64,000 nt of DNA, taken from the NCBI GenBank assembly GCA_963706445.1, contig OY970160.1:96001-160000 (forward strand), in the 5' to 3' direction. Below, one piece after another: positions 9,671-18,934 of this stretch. This stretch comes from an uncultured Nitrososphaerales archaeon. Lineage in GTDB: Archaea; Thermoproteota; Nitrososphaeria; Nitrososphaerales; Gagatemarchaeaceae. Every line of letters begins with the position of its first letter. Positions within the stretch are counted from its first letter, which is position 1. The translations under genes were made by a program, and so were the position numbers. The notes beneath the pieces were generated by a model that saw only the letters and a program-made list of their open reading frames with translations, ran no database searches and was not told the origin of the DNA.

Positions 9671-10234
9671 TTGGACACCAGGAAGCTCGCAACGGCGACC
9701 CTCTTCGGAGTGGTCATTGCTGTTGTCAAGGCCCCATTCACCTTCCCGGTCACCGACTATCTGATAATAATTGAAGTTCCGATTCTCGCGCTGAGTTTCC
9801 TACTCCTCGGCCGAGGGGGAGCGACGTTCACTGGCTTCGTAAACGGAATCCTGCAGTCCGCCGTGAAGGTGGCGTTCTTTCCCTATGACCTGATCTTCGC
9901 GGTCTCTTTCGGAGCGCTGGTGGATGTCTTTGGCACGCTCCTGAACGTTAGAGCAGAGGGGAAGACGAGCGCCCGAAGGCTCGCCATCGCTTTGGGCTTG
10001 GCTAGCACCGTCCTAGGAGTGAGCATCGCATACGTATTTCTGGCCTTGAACCTGAGTTCTAGCCTCGGCATCAATATCAATAGCTATTCGACGGTCGGTC
10101 TGATAGAGATAGTCTACGTCCCGATAGTCGTGTGGGGGATCGCGAGCGGAGTCCTCGGAGGTTTCGTGTCAGCCCGCGTCTGGGAGAGGAACCTGAAATC
10201 GAGGTTCAAGTCTATTCAGGCCCCCGTTGTCTGA
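9671..10234 (+). CDS. membrane protein, ECF S-component-like
   Basis: MDTRKLA N-terminus, 5-6 TM helices, GGAT..G motif. Confidence 0.6.
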   Translation: MDTRKLATATLFGVVIAVVKAPFTFPVTDYLIIIEVPILALSFLLLGRGGATFTGFVNGILQSAVKVAFFPYDLIFAVSFGALVDVFGTLLNVRAEGKTSARRLAIALGLASTVLGVSIAYVFLALNLSSSLGININSYSTVGLIEIVYVPIVVWGIASGVLGGFVSARVWERNLKSRFKSIQAPVV

Positions 10235-10443
10235 TCCTTCTCGATCTCCCCTATTTCCTTCCGCAGCTTCTTCGTAAAGCTGATCAGCAGAAGGTAGAGG
10301 ACGACCCCGAGTATGACGAACGCCGACCCTGCGATGTAGTCGCCCACCCCGCCGGTGTAGAACGCGCCTAGCAGAACGAAGAGCCCCACACCTATGATCA
10401 GTATGGCGGCCAACTTCGAGACCGGGCTAACTCTTACGGACAT
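10216..10443 (-). CDS. small two-TM membrane protein
   Basis: two hydrophobic helices plus charged tail; start moved to internal ATG. Confidence 0.6.
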   Translation of the reverse strand: MSVRVSPVSKLAAILIIGVGLFVLLGAFYTGGVGDYIAGSAFVILGVVLYLLLISFTKKLRKEIGEIEKDQTTGA

Positions 10444-10527
10444 CTGCACTGGCCCGTCACCGCCGACGGTAAAATCATTATGTTTCGGAACGGTCAACTG
10501 CGGGCGGCGCAAACCAGGCGGCTTCGC

Positions 10528-10686
10528 CTAGCTGTGCTTCACGCCTTGCTTGTCCTCTTCCTTGAGCAACTTGAACAATCTGTACTTGTCGTTCTCGCCC
10601 GGGGACAGGGTGTAGCCGCAGATTCGGCAGGTGACCCCCTGGCCGGACTCCCTGAGCTCGAATCGCCCGCACTTTGGGCACTTCAT
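10528..10686 (-). CDS. 52-aa zinc-ribbon microprotein (not in ORF track)
   Basis: manual translation MKCPKCGRFELRESGQGVTCRICGYTLSPGENDKYRLFKLLKEEDKQGVKHS; GGTGA SD-like motif upstream. Confidence 0.75.
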   Translation of the reverse strand: MKCPKCGRFELRESGQGVTCRICGYTLSPGENDKYRLFKLLKEEDKQGVKHS

Positions 10687-10748
10687 ATCGTCACCCTGCG
10701 CCTTCAATCACTAGACAGCCATTCGGCATCCTTGAAAAGGATTGGTAG

Positions 10749-11477
10749 TCAGATTCTGACGAGGGTGCTGTTTTCGAAGACGCCAAGCTTCTGTGAGCGC
10801 TCGCGGTAGATTGGTTCCGGCAATGAGATATCCGCTAGGTAGAGCTCGCCAACGTATCCCCTAGAATTGGGGTTCAGGAATCCCGTCTTCGGAAACCCGA
10901 AGGTCACAGTCATCCCCGCCGAGATACAAGGTTCCCCGGGCTCTCCGGTGGTAGCATCAAGTCCCGAAGGGATATCGACTGCCAGAATAGGCGTTTGCGA
11001 ACCATTCGCGCGGCGGATCAGCTCTGCGACTCCGCCCCTCGGGTCGCCCGTTGAGCCGTAGCCCAGCAGAGAGTCGACAATCAGGTCTTGTTCGCCAAAG
11101 ACCCTCTCAGGGCCCTGAACCGAGATCCCCATCTTCTCGATAATCACAAGCTGCTTCCCCGGGACCTCCTTCAGTTCCCCCTTGTCTCCCGCAAGCACCA
11201 CCTTGACCTCGGCGCCCCAGTTACGTAGGTGCCTCGCCGCAACGAGCCCGTCCCCTCCGTTGTTCCCTTTGCCTATCAGAAAGCAGATCTTGGCGTCTTT
11301 CATTTCTCCTCCGAGCATATTCCGAGCAAGGGTGGCGACCGCCGACCCCGCATTCTCCATCAGGGAAAGCACGTCAATCCCGTAATCCTCGATGGCGGAC
11401 TGATCTGACTCGGCCATCTCTTCTGCAGTGAGATACACGAAGCCTCCTTCGATCTTCAACCGAGCGAAGTCAGGCAT
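10749..11477 (-). CDS. nnrE: NAD(P)H-hydrate epimerase
   Basis: LMENAG, GKGNNGGDGLVAARHL, DSLLGYG, DIPSG. Confidence 0.93.
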   Translation of the reverse strand: MPDFARLKIEGGFVYLTAEEMAESDQSAIEDYGIDVLSLMENAGSAVATLARNMLGGEMKDAKICFLIGKGNNGGDGLVAARHLRNWGAEVKVVLAGDKGELKEVPGKQLVIIEKMGISVQGPERVFGEQDLIVDSLLGYGSTGDPRGGVAELIRRANGSQTPILAVDIPSGLDATTGEPGEPCISAGMTVTFGFPKTGFLNPNSRGYVGELYLADISLPEPIYRERSQKLGVFENSTLVRI

Positions 11478-11616
11478 GGGTTCCTATTTCAGCTTAGGCT
11501 CTAAGCCCGGGGAACAGCAACAAGGTCTCGCCGCACTGTCAACAATTTTTCTTCAAACTGGCATCCGGATTAGAGCACCCGGTATATGGGAACCGGGAGC
11601 GACCTGCTGTTCTAGC

Positions 11617-12261
11617 ATGAGCTTTGCTTCGAACTGGCAAAGAAAAGAGAAAAGCCCCGGCTTTGTCGATAGGCTCAGAGGATCCACGCGTCCGTCCACG
11701 CCGCTGAAGACTCAGGTCGAGGAGGCTAACAGGCAGGTCAGGATTCTGATATCTCAGTTGGACAACACTGTGAACAGGATCAAGCAGCGCGACTCCACCA
11801 TATTCAAGAACGTCGTCTCCTGCCTTGCCAAGCACGACACCCAGCACGCGTCGATCTATGCCAACGAGCTTTCGGAAGTCAGGAAGATGGGGAAGATGGT
11901 CACCCAGGCCCAACTGGCCATGGAACAGATCTCACTTAGGCTCGGGACGATCAACGACCTCGGAGAGATAGCCAGCACTCTGGCGCCCGCAGTGTCTGTC
12001 ATCAGGGGCATGAAGGACGACCTGAGGATGGCACTACCGGAGGCAGACGCGGAGATTGGCGAGATCTCAGGCCTCCTGAGCAGCGTCCTGGTCGACGCCA
12101 GCGCGTCCCAAGGGATCTCTCTCAACTTCACCGCGGCCAACGAAGACGCCCAGAAGGTACTGGATGAAGCAGCGTCCGTGGCCGAGGAGAGGATGCAGGC
12201 AGACTTCCCGGCGATCCCAGAGGGGATCATAACCCCAGAAGACGAAGGCCTCACCGCATAG
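11617..12261 (+). CDS. ESCRT-III/Snf7 family CdvB paralog
   Basis: ASIYANELSEVRK, EQISLRLGT, MIM2-like FPAIP tail; start reassigned to ATG 11617 downstream of a TATA. Confidence 0.88.
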   Translation: MSFASNWQRKEKSPGFVDRLRGSTRPSTPLKTQVEEANRQVRILISQLDNTVNRIKQRDSTIFKNVVSCLAKHDTQHASIYANELSEVRKMGKMVTQAQLAMEQISLRLGTINDLGEIASTLAPAVSVIRGMKDDLRMALPEADAEIGEISGLLSSVLVDASASQGISLNFTAANEDAQKVLDEAASVAEERMQADFPAIPEGIITPEDEGLTA

Positions 12262-12392
12262 CCAGCCAATCACACGAAAAGGCAACCATGGTTGTGGCAG
12301 ACCGCCTCGCCATGGCCCCATTTCATTCAACTAGTTTGAACGGACTGGAAATACTATTGGCTTAATATCCTGAAAATCGAATCTGTAACAGT

Positions 12393-13589
12393 TTGAAAAT
12401 AGGCCGAGGTCCTGCCCGGTCGTCTCCCATAGGGGACATGCCGACTTCCCCTGCTCAGCGGAGCCCGTACCGGACCGCCGGCTTGATCATCGCCGCCATC
12501 ATTGTTCTTGCTGCCTTCGTAGCTGCGGCTCCCTATCTTTCAACCGCCCTGAAGCATGGTTACTCTGTTTTGTCCGGGGCTTCCACCGCCGGTCTGTCCA
12601 CGGTGACCGTCAACTCCGGCAGTGGTAACACCACAAGCACCGCTTCGGGCACTTCGGCTGAGTGCTCGAGCGTGGTGGCTGTCAAGAACCTCACCGCCCC
12701 AGACATAGAGAACGGTTCAGCCGATATCGCCTATCCTTCGGACTACTGCGCACTTGCATCCTACTCCCTAGGCCTGATCAACCAGGACAGGGCGGCCAAT
12801 GGGAGCGCCCCGGTTACCCTCGGATACAATCAGGCAGCCCAGCAGCACGCCGACTCCATGCTTTACTACGGGTACTTCAGCCACTACGACACCCAGGGGT
12901 ACAAGCCCTACATGCGTTACTCCCTGCTTGGCGGGAAAGGAGCCGACTTCGAGAACGTAGCGTACTTCTACTATTCCATCCCACACTTCATCAACACCGG
13001 AGCTGTCGAGCAGGCAATCCAGTCGCTCGAGCACTCCATGATTTACAACGACAGCGTCTGCTGCAACAACGGCCACAGGTACAACATCCTTGACCCACTG
13101 CACAACCAGGTCTCCATTGGTGTCGCCTACAACAGCACCATCGTCTACTTCGATGAGGAATTCGAGAACAACTACATCAACCTGAACATCACTGTGTCTC
13201 CCGGCTCTTCCTCGAACCCCTACTACGTGACCATGAAGGGGGTCCCGACTCAGTCCTTCCCCACCCCCAACTCGATCTACATCGCCTTCGACCCCTCCCC
13301 GACATCGATGACCCAGGCGCAGCTCAACGCCGGCCCGCACGAATACGGACCCGGGACCCTTGAGGGCGGGATCCTCCCGCGGATGGGGTTCCTCGGAGGA
13401 TGCGCCCAGTTCGACTCCGGGACTACGGTCTGTGCCGACAAGTGGACGGTCAGCGCGTCTACGGTGGACATTGAGTTCACCCTCGAGCCTTTCGTGAAGA
13501 ACTACGGGCCAGGGGTCTACACGATTTACCTGATCGTCGGCTCGAGCAGCAATTCCGCCTTGACCACCATCAGCGTTTTCGTCTCTTAG
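12393..13589 (+). CDS. membrane-anchored CAP/SCP domain protein
   Basis: LINQDR, AQQHADSM..YFSH, ENVA, GHRYNIL..VSIGVA; N-terminal TM; start uncertain. Confidence 0.85.
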   Translation: MKIGRGPARSSPIGDMPTSPAQRSPYRTAGLIIAAIIVLAAFVAAAPYLSTALKHGYSVLSGASTAGLSTVTVNSGSGNTTSTASGTSAECSSVVAVKNLTAPDIENGSADIAYPSDYCALASYSLGLINQDRAANGSAPVTLGYNQAAQQHADSMLYYGYFSHYDTQGYKPYMRYSLLGGKGADFENVAYFYYSIPHFINTGAVEQAIQSLEHSMIYNDSVCCNNGHRYNILDPLHNQVSIGVAYNSTIVYFDEEFENNYINLNITVSPGSSSNPYYVTMKGVPTQSFPTPNSIYIAFDPSPTSMTQAQLNAGPHEYGPGTLEGGILPRMGFLGGCAQFDSGTTVCADKWTVSASTVDIEFTLEPFVKNYGPGVYTIYLIVGSSSNSALTTISVFVS

Positions 13590-14038
13590 CTGGAGTTCAA
13601 TTCAGAGCGTATCGAGCGGGCAATCTCTTCCATCTCCTCCGTCGAGAAGCGCTTTCTGTCGGAGTACCTACCTTTGTCTTCCATCTTCACAGGTATCACG
13701 TGCACGTGGACGTGGGCCACGACCTGGTTCGCCGCCTCCCCGTTGTTCTGTACGAATCTGAACCCGTCCGCCCCCGTCGCCGCCACCACCGCCTTTGACA
13801 CCTTGAACGCAACTTGGAACAGCTCGGCGATGTCCTGCTCCTTCATGTCCCAGATGGTCTCCCCGTGCTCTTTGGGGCAGACGAGGGTGTGTCCCCTCGA
13901 GAATGGGTAGATGTCCAGGAATCCTATGTATTTGCCGTCCTCGTACACTATTTTGGACGGGGACTTCTTCGAGGCTATCTGGCAGAATATGCACCGTTCC
14001 GGCCCTTCGGGAGGGGAGCTGAACGCAAGGCGCTTCAA
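13586..14038 (-). CDS. HIT family nucleotide hydrolase
   Basis: CIFCQI, GHTLVCPKEH, NNGEAANQVVAHVHVHVIP; only the C-terminal part of the track ORF is plausible. Confidence 0.9.
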   Translation of the reverse strand: MKRLAFSSPPEGPERCIFCQIASKKSPSKIVYEDGKYIGFLDIYPFSRGHTLVCPKEHGETIWDMKEQDIAELFQVAFKVSKAVVAATGADGFRFVQNNGEAANQVVAHVHVHVIPVKMEDKGRYSDRKRFSTEEMEEIARSIRSELNSS

Positions 14039-14127
14039 GTTCGTCCCAAGCTCGCATCGGCGGTCAAACCACCTAAACCTTTTCCCTCTGGCAAAATCAT
14101 GCCGCGGGCATTGAAGAGCCCAAGCCC

Positions 14128-14283
14128 GTGATCTGCGACCGGTGCCACGTCGGACAGATGCTCGCCTACGAGCGGAAGGTCGGCCCCGACGGGAAGGCCA
14201 CGATAAGGGGGACGAAGTGCAGCGTCTGCGGCTATGTCGCCCTGGACAGCGACGACGACGTCTGGTCAGCGGTGGGGCTCTAG
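14128..14283 (+). CDS. ~51-aa zinc-finger microprotein (not in ORF track)
   Basis: ICDRCHVG...KCSVCGY; GTG start, frame open back to ATT at 14110. Confidence 0.65.
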   Translation: MICDRCHVGQMLAYERKVGPDGKATIRGTKCSVCGYVALDSDDDVWSAVGL

Positions 14284-14640
14284 CCCTCTGGCCGAAAGCC
14301 TCGCGGCCACCTGCTGGTAGGCTGCCAGGAACTCTAACGCGAACTTGTCGGCCTGCTTCTCGGTCCCGCGGTGATGACCACTGGTGGACCTCAAGTGGTG
14401 ATAGAATTCGTGGACGATGACGAAGGGGTCGTAGAGGAACTCCCTTCTGGCAGCGAGTATCTCCTTCCTGTTCGGAGAATAGACGGCTGCCACCCCTTTG
14501 GTCTTCCCCTCGAAGACCCCAACCCCGAGCTTCGGCTTCGAGACCTTGTACCATTTCGAAAGCAGGCCGATGGCCCCTTCCGGGTCGGAGTCGAGGATCA
14601 GTGCTACGACCGACGCCTTCATCTCCGTCTCTGTCACCAT
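14266..14640 (-). CDS. small zincin-like protein with HExxH motif
   Basis: VIVHEFYHHLR followed by E..ADKFA. Confidence 0.7.
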   Translation of the reverse strand: MVTETEMKASVVALILDSDPEGAIGLLSKWYKVSKPKLGVGVFEGKTKGVAAVYSPNRKEILAARREFLYDPFVIVHEFYHHLRSTSGHHRGTEKQADKFALEFLAAYQQVAARLSARGLEPHR

Positions 14641-14907
14641 GTGGCTGACCTTGGGCCCTCGTGTCCCCTTAAGAAGTCGCGGCCGGTGTCCGCCGTTGAG
14701 TCGTTAGTCAGCAATCGTTGATTCCCCTGTTCAATTTGGGAACGAGACGTCACAGGCGGTATGAACAGGCGCAGACACATCAGGCTCGATGGTCCGAAGG
14801 GTATCAGATTCAGAGGACCTCAGTCCTTATTCTCGGTCGGTTAGGGGCCCAGCTCCGCAGCTGCCCGCTTCCGACTTTCCTACTGTCGATTATTCCAAGA
14901 GGATACG

Positions 14908-15591
14908 CTACGGCGTACAGGTTGGATTGAAGTTCGAATCATAGCCACAGAGAGTCCACGCGATCGTCGTGCCGTTGTTCATCTGAATCAAGTCGGCGCC
15001 TGTCTGCGAGGGAGTCCACGTCCCTCCGCTGAACTCCCAGACGAACCACGAAGTCGACGCGCCCTGAGCGACCCCTTCTACCCCGGTGACCAAATGTTCC
15101 CCATATTGGGGGTACCATATCCCTTGCATGTTCCCGTTGAGGAGCACAAGACTAGCAAGGTAACCGTTCCATCCAGGCTGCACCGAGGTCTCATTGTACC
15201 ACTTCCTCGTCCCGTTTCCAAAATCGACGAGTAGGCGCGCTTCGTACACCAGCGCCTTCCTACCGCCCACGGTTGCGAGCTGCTCATATTTGCTCCAAAG
15301 ACTCGTGAGAGCGGCGCTCGCATTGCGGTACGCCGGGGTGCTCGTGTTGAGGTTGGCGACAGCCGTAGCGAGCAGGGAAAGGGTCGTGTTGTAATCCTCG
15401 AGACTCGAATTGAAGGAGCCTGACAGACGGTTGTAGCTCGCAAGGGCCGAGCCCAACTCCCCCGCATAGGTTTGGTTCTGTGAGGCGCTTTGCTGGTAGT
15501 TGTTGTAATAGAGAACCGCGAACGTGGAAGTGACCAAGAGCAGCGCTACGAAGGTGGCGACGACACCATAGAAGGTCCCCTTCGAGACCAT
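14908..15591 (-). CDS. membrane-anchored DUF4430/transcobalamin-C-like protein
   Basis: TM + coiled coil + LLVDFGNG..YG..VTGVEG..W....GAD....NG..IAW; follows ECF S gene. Confidence 0.75.
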   Translation of the reverse strand: MVSKGTFYGVVATFVALLLVTSTFAVLYYNNYQQSASQNQTYAGELGSALASYNRLSGSFNSSLEDYNTTLSLLATAVANLNTSTPAYRNASAALTSLWSKYEQLATVGGRKALVYEARLLVDFGNGTRKWYNETSVQPGWNGYLASLVLLNGNMQGIWYPQYGEHLVTGVEGVAQGASTSWFVWEFSGGTWTPSQTGADLIQMNNGTTIAWTLCGYDSNFNPTCTP

Positions 15592-16143
15592 CTAGGGGCT
15601 CCTCCTGATTCTCGTGAGCATCAGTAGGGCGGCAGGCGCCGCAACCATTCCGAGCAGGAAATCCTCAATCTCATGCGCCAGAGGGAACGGGAAAACGAAG
15701 CCTGACAGTTCGTACCCGAACACCTCCCCCAGTGTCAGGTGGGGCCAATTGGCTATGAGAGCTGTGGCGGCGTTCATCTCGAAGTCCCACAAGAACGCGC
15801 ATATGGCCAGGGTAGCCCCGATGAAGATGGCCGTAAGGGGTAAAGGCTCTCCTTTCTCCGCCTTCCACACCCTCGAAGCTCCCCACCCTGCGGCGGCGAA
15901 AAGCAGTTCTCCAGCTATTAGAAACGGAGTATTGGCCCCAGCGGGCCCCCAAGGACTGACTACGCTCCAGATCGCCTCTGAGACAATGGCCACCCCCGCC
16001 CCCTGACGGAAGCCGAATACGAAAGCCACCAGGAACACGATCGTGTCCATGAGTTTGAAATTGACGAAGGGCGCCAGGGCAAAATCCGAAGCCACCACCG
16101 CAGCTGAGAAGACAGCGACGACGGCGACGTCTTTCGTCTGCAT
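15592..16143 (-). CDS. ECF transporter S component (CbrT-like)
   Basis: KDVAVVAVFSA, NFKLMD.IVF...FG...G, PWG; six TM helices. Confidence 0.75.
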   Translation of the reverse strand: MQTKDVAVVAVFSAAVVASDFALAPFVNFKLMDTIVFLVAFVFGFRQGAGVAIVSEAIWSVVSPWGPAGANTPFLIAGELLFAAAGWGASRVWKAEKGEPLPLTAIFIGATLAICAFLWDFEMNAATALIANWPHLTLGEVFGYELSGFVFPFPLAHEIEDFLLGMVAAPAALLMLTRIRRSP

Positions 16144-16240
16144 GCTGGCTGGTTTATCCAGCCAGCCATTCTTAAACACTCCAGTCGACTAAAAGTCAAG
16201 CAGGAACTGGTTATAGAGAACCCACGAAGGAGCGCTTCGC

Positions 16241-16861
16241 ATGGCCACAGTGACTTCATGGCTCAGGGCCCTGGAGAAACGCGAACCTGGCCCCTCTCCT
16301 GGCTTCACCAAGGCCCATGCCCTTCTCGCTTTCCTGACCATCGGTGACGCAGGGACTATCGGCAGACAGGCCCTGGCCAGAAAGTCGGGCCTCGGGGAAG
16401 GATCCATCCGGACGGTCCTCAAGAAGTTCAGACAGGACAAGTATGTGACAGCTGACACGGAGGGGTGCCATCTAACGGAGGCAGGGAGGCTGCTCTACGA
16501 CTCGATAACAAAGAAGTTGTCCCCCATTCTGCCCCTGCGGAGCTCTTCACTCGTCGTCGGACCATCACAGGCAGCGGTGTTGGTACGTTCGGGTGGAAGT
16601 AGCGTCAGGAGCGGGATCGAACAGCGGGACTCCGCCATCGTGATAGGGGCAATCGGCGCCACGACCTACGTCTTCAAAGACGGTAAGATTGCAATCCCCG
16701 GAGGCTCGGACGACTGCGAGAAGGACTACCCAGGGGCCGTCTGGCCGGTCCTCCGAGACGGCCTCAATCCGGGTGAAGGAGATGCCATCGTCGTCTGTGG
16801 AGCGCGAGATGAAAAGAACGCCAAGCTCGGAGTGCTGTCTGCTGCCCTGACCCTGATGTAG
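16241..16861 (+). CDS. winged-HTH protein with DUF4443-like domain
   Basis: IGRQALARKSGLGEGSIRT, SGIEQRDSAI.IGA.GATT. Confidence 0.8.
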   Translation: MATVTSWLRALEKREPGPSPGFTKAHALLAFLTIGDAGTIGRQALARKSGLGEGSIRTVLKKFRQDKYVTADTEGCHLTEAGRLLYDSITKKLSPILPLRSSSLVVGPSQAAVLVRSGGSSVRSGIEQRDSAIVIGAIGATTYVFKDGKIAIPGGSDDCEKDYPGAVWPVLRDGLNPGEGDAIVVCGARDEKNAKLGVLSAALTLM

Positions 16862-17215
16862 CTACTGCTTGGGTGTCTGCTCTGACGGCTGCCCTTCGGA
16901 AGGTGCCGCGGGCTTGTTGACCTGCCTGTTGATGGCGTCGGCGAAGTAGTGGCCAGTCACCAGCACCTTGACCCCCTTGACGCCCTTGACCGCCATCAGG
17001 TTGTCCTTCAGGTCCTGGGATATCTTGAGCGCGAACACCGGCGGACAGTACTGGGTGGTGGCATGATACTCGACATCCACCTGCCCGTCTTTGATGTCAA
17101 GCTTGTCGATGAGGTTCATCTCCACTATCGGCATCCCAATCTCAGGATCGACGATCTTCGATATCGACCTCTGGACCTCCCTTACGTCCACCTGCTCGGT
17201 TGACATGAAACTCAA
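16862..17215 (-). CDS. DUF59/SufT-like Fe-S cluster assembly protein
   Basis: IVDPEIGMPIVEMNLI, TTQYCP. Confidence 0.88.
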   Translation of the reverse strand: MSFMSTEQVDVREVQRSISKIVDPEIGMPIVEMNLIDKLDIKDGQVDVEYHATTQYCPPVFALKISQDLKDNLMAVKGVKGVKVLVTGHYFADAINRQVNKPAAPSEGQPSEQTPKQ

Positions 17216-17258
17216 GGAAAACCCCTGTTTGTGCTACAAAAAGCTTGTCCCCTGAGGT

Positions 17259-17873
17259 ATGAGAAACCGACAGGTTTACACTACGGAATCCGCAATTGCT
17301 GGCGTGAACCCAGACCAGGTGCTGAAGTCCATAGAAGAGGTAGCCCCCATACAGGGTCTTCCCATCATCGGTCCCAAGAGGGGGGTGTTCCTCGACGAAG
17401 TCGTAGAAGCGCACCACCCGTCCACAATCCTCGAAGTCGGCACATTGGTGGGCTACAGCGCCATCCGGATGGGCAGGCACCTCGGGGCGGGGCAGAAGGT
17501 CATCTGCGTCGAGCTCAAGGAAGAGATGGCCAGTGTCGCAAGGTCGAACATCGCCCAAGCTGGGCTTGAGGGTAAGATCGAGCTTCTGGTGGGGGACGCG
17601 CTAAAGGTTCTCCCGACGATTGGGGGGAGCCTCGACATGGTCTTCCTGGACGCCGTCAAAGAGGATTACCTAGAATACCTCAAATCAATCGAGAAGCTCC
17701 TCCATCGGGGGAGCGTCGTGGTCGCCGACAACGTGAAATCACACGCCGCCGAAGTCAAGTCATACCTCGACTACGTCAGGAAGTCAGGCAGATACTCGAG
17801 CGAATACAAGGAGGCGCCGCCGAACTACGGGGTCGACGCCGGTGACGCAGTTGAAATCAGTGTCAAGCTCTGA
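17259..17873 (+). CDS. SAM-dependent O-methyltransferase
   Basis: LEVGTLVGYSAI, DMVFLDAVK, VVADNV. Confidence 0.9.
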   Translation: MRNRQVYTTESAIAGVNPDQVLKSIEEVAPIQGLPIIGPKRGVFLDEVVEAHHPSTILEVGTLVGYSAIRMGRHLGAGQKVICVELKEEMASVARSNIAQAGLEGKIELLVGDALKVLPTIGGSLDMVFLDAVKEDYLEYLKSIEKLLHRGSVVVADNVKSHAAEVKSYLDYVRKSGRYSSEYKEAPPNYGVDAGDAVEISVKL

Positions 17874-18870
17874 AGCCTTGGACTAGACCGCGCCATCTGG
17901 CACCGCCATCGAAGGGCAGATACATCCTCACCCTGTCCACTAGGTTCCCGTACCTCCTCTGAACTATTCCGCCAACATCTTTCCAGGTCCCTTCCACCAC
18001 AAACTCCCGCATGATGTCATTGTCGATTTCCCCACCCATCTTCTGCCACTCCTCCTTGACTGAAAGCGCGTGGAGTTTGTCGCAGACGTCTCCCCACCCG
18101 TGAGCCTCCATGACCTTCCTGTAGCTCCGCGTCGAAGCGTAGAACGCGATCTGCCCTCTGAGCTTCTCCTTCGCTTCCTTCCGTTCGCGCTCTGTGTCCC
18201 CGAGGGCGGCGAAGACCGACGCAGCCACCGCGAAATCCTTCCTAGACCTTTCTGCCTTTCCCAACCCCTTCGTCAGGGCAGGGCGCACGACGTCTCGCAG
18301 GTATCTCACCGTATGCAGAGGGTGGATATGAAGCCCATCCGCCACCATCCCCGCCACAGTGCACATGCCTTCGTTGACCCCCGACACGTACACAGGTATC
18401 GCGGGATTGGCTATGGGCCCGGGACTGAAGAAGGGGGTCATCAGGTCCAGATGGAAGAACCTCCCCCGAAAGTCCAGCTTGGTCGCATGCTGCCAGCTCT
18501 CCCAGACCGCTCTCAGGGCGAGGACCACCTCCTTCATCTTCGGGGCCGGGGTCTCCCACTTCATCCCGAACCTCCTCTCGATGTGCCCCTTCACCTGGCT
18601 CCCTAGCCCCAGGATGAACCGCCCGTCCGAAACGCTCTGAAGGTCCCACGCGGTGTATGCCAGGGTGGTCGGGCTGCGGGTGAACGCCAGCGCGATCGAG
18701 GTGCCGAGGCTTATCTTGTCCGTTGAGGCGGCCGCAAGGGCAAGCTGGACAAATGGGTCATGCTTGGTCTCGTTGACCCACAGGCAATCGAACCCGTACG
18801 CTTCGGCCTTCCTCGCCAGCTCCGCCGCTTCGGCGGGAGAGCCGACGGCCAACTCGGCATCGAGCTTCAA
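17863..18870 (-). CDS. F420-dependent LLM-class oxidoreductase (TIGR03617-like)
   Basis: ETKHDPF, AWDLQ..S.GRFILGLGSQVKGHIERRFG, LMTPFFSPGP. Confidence 0.9.
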   Translation of the reverse strand: MKLDAELAVGSPAEAAELARKAEAYGFDCLWVNETKHDPFVQLALAAASTDKISLGTSIALAFTRSPTTLAYTAWDLQSVSDGRFILGLGSQVKGHIERRFGMKWETPAPKMKEVVLALRAVWESWQHATKLDFRGRFFHLDLMTPFFSPGPIANPAIPVYVSGVNEGMCTVAGMVADGLHIHPLHTVRYLRDVVRPALTKGLGKAERSRKDFAVAASVFAALGDTERERKEAKEKLRGQIAFYASTRSYRKVMEAHGWGDVCDKLHALSVKEEWQKMGGEIDNDIMREFVVEGTWKDVGGIVQRRYGNLVDRVRMYLPFDGGARWRGLVQGFRA

Positions 18871-18934
18871 ACGGTTGTCCGCCTTTCAGGACGGCTCTTA
18901 AAGCAGAACCGGCGGAGGCAGCCAGCAGGACAAC

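Noticed and set aside
14039-14554. N-terminal extension of the HIT ORF (322 aa)
   Set aside because: Low-complexity Arg-rich read-through overlapping two better-supported genes.
14641-14907. Riboswitch or C/D sRNA in an unexplained 270-bp spacer
   Set aside because: It lies downstream, not upstream, of the ECF/DUF4430 genes; no convincing B12 box, C/D boxes or rRNA-complementary guide seen.
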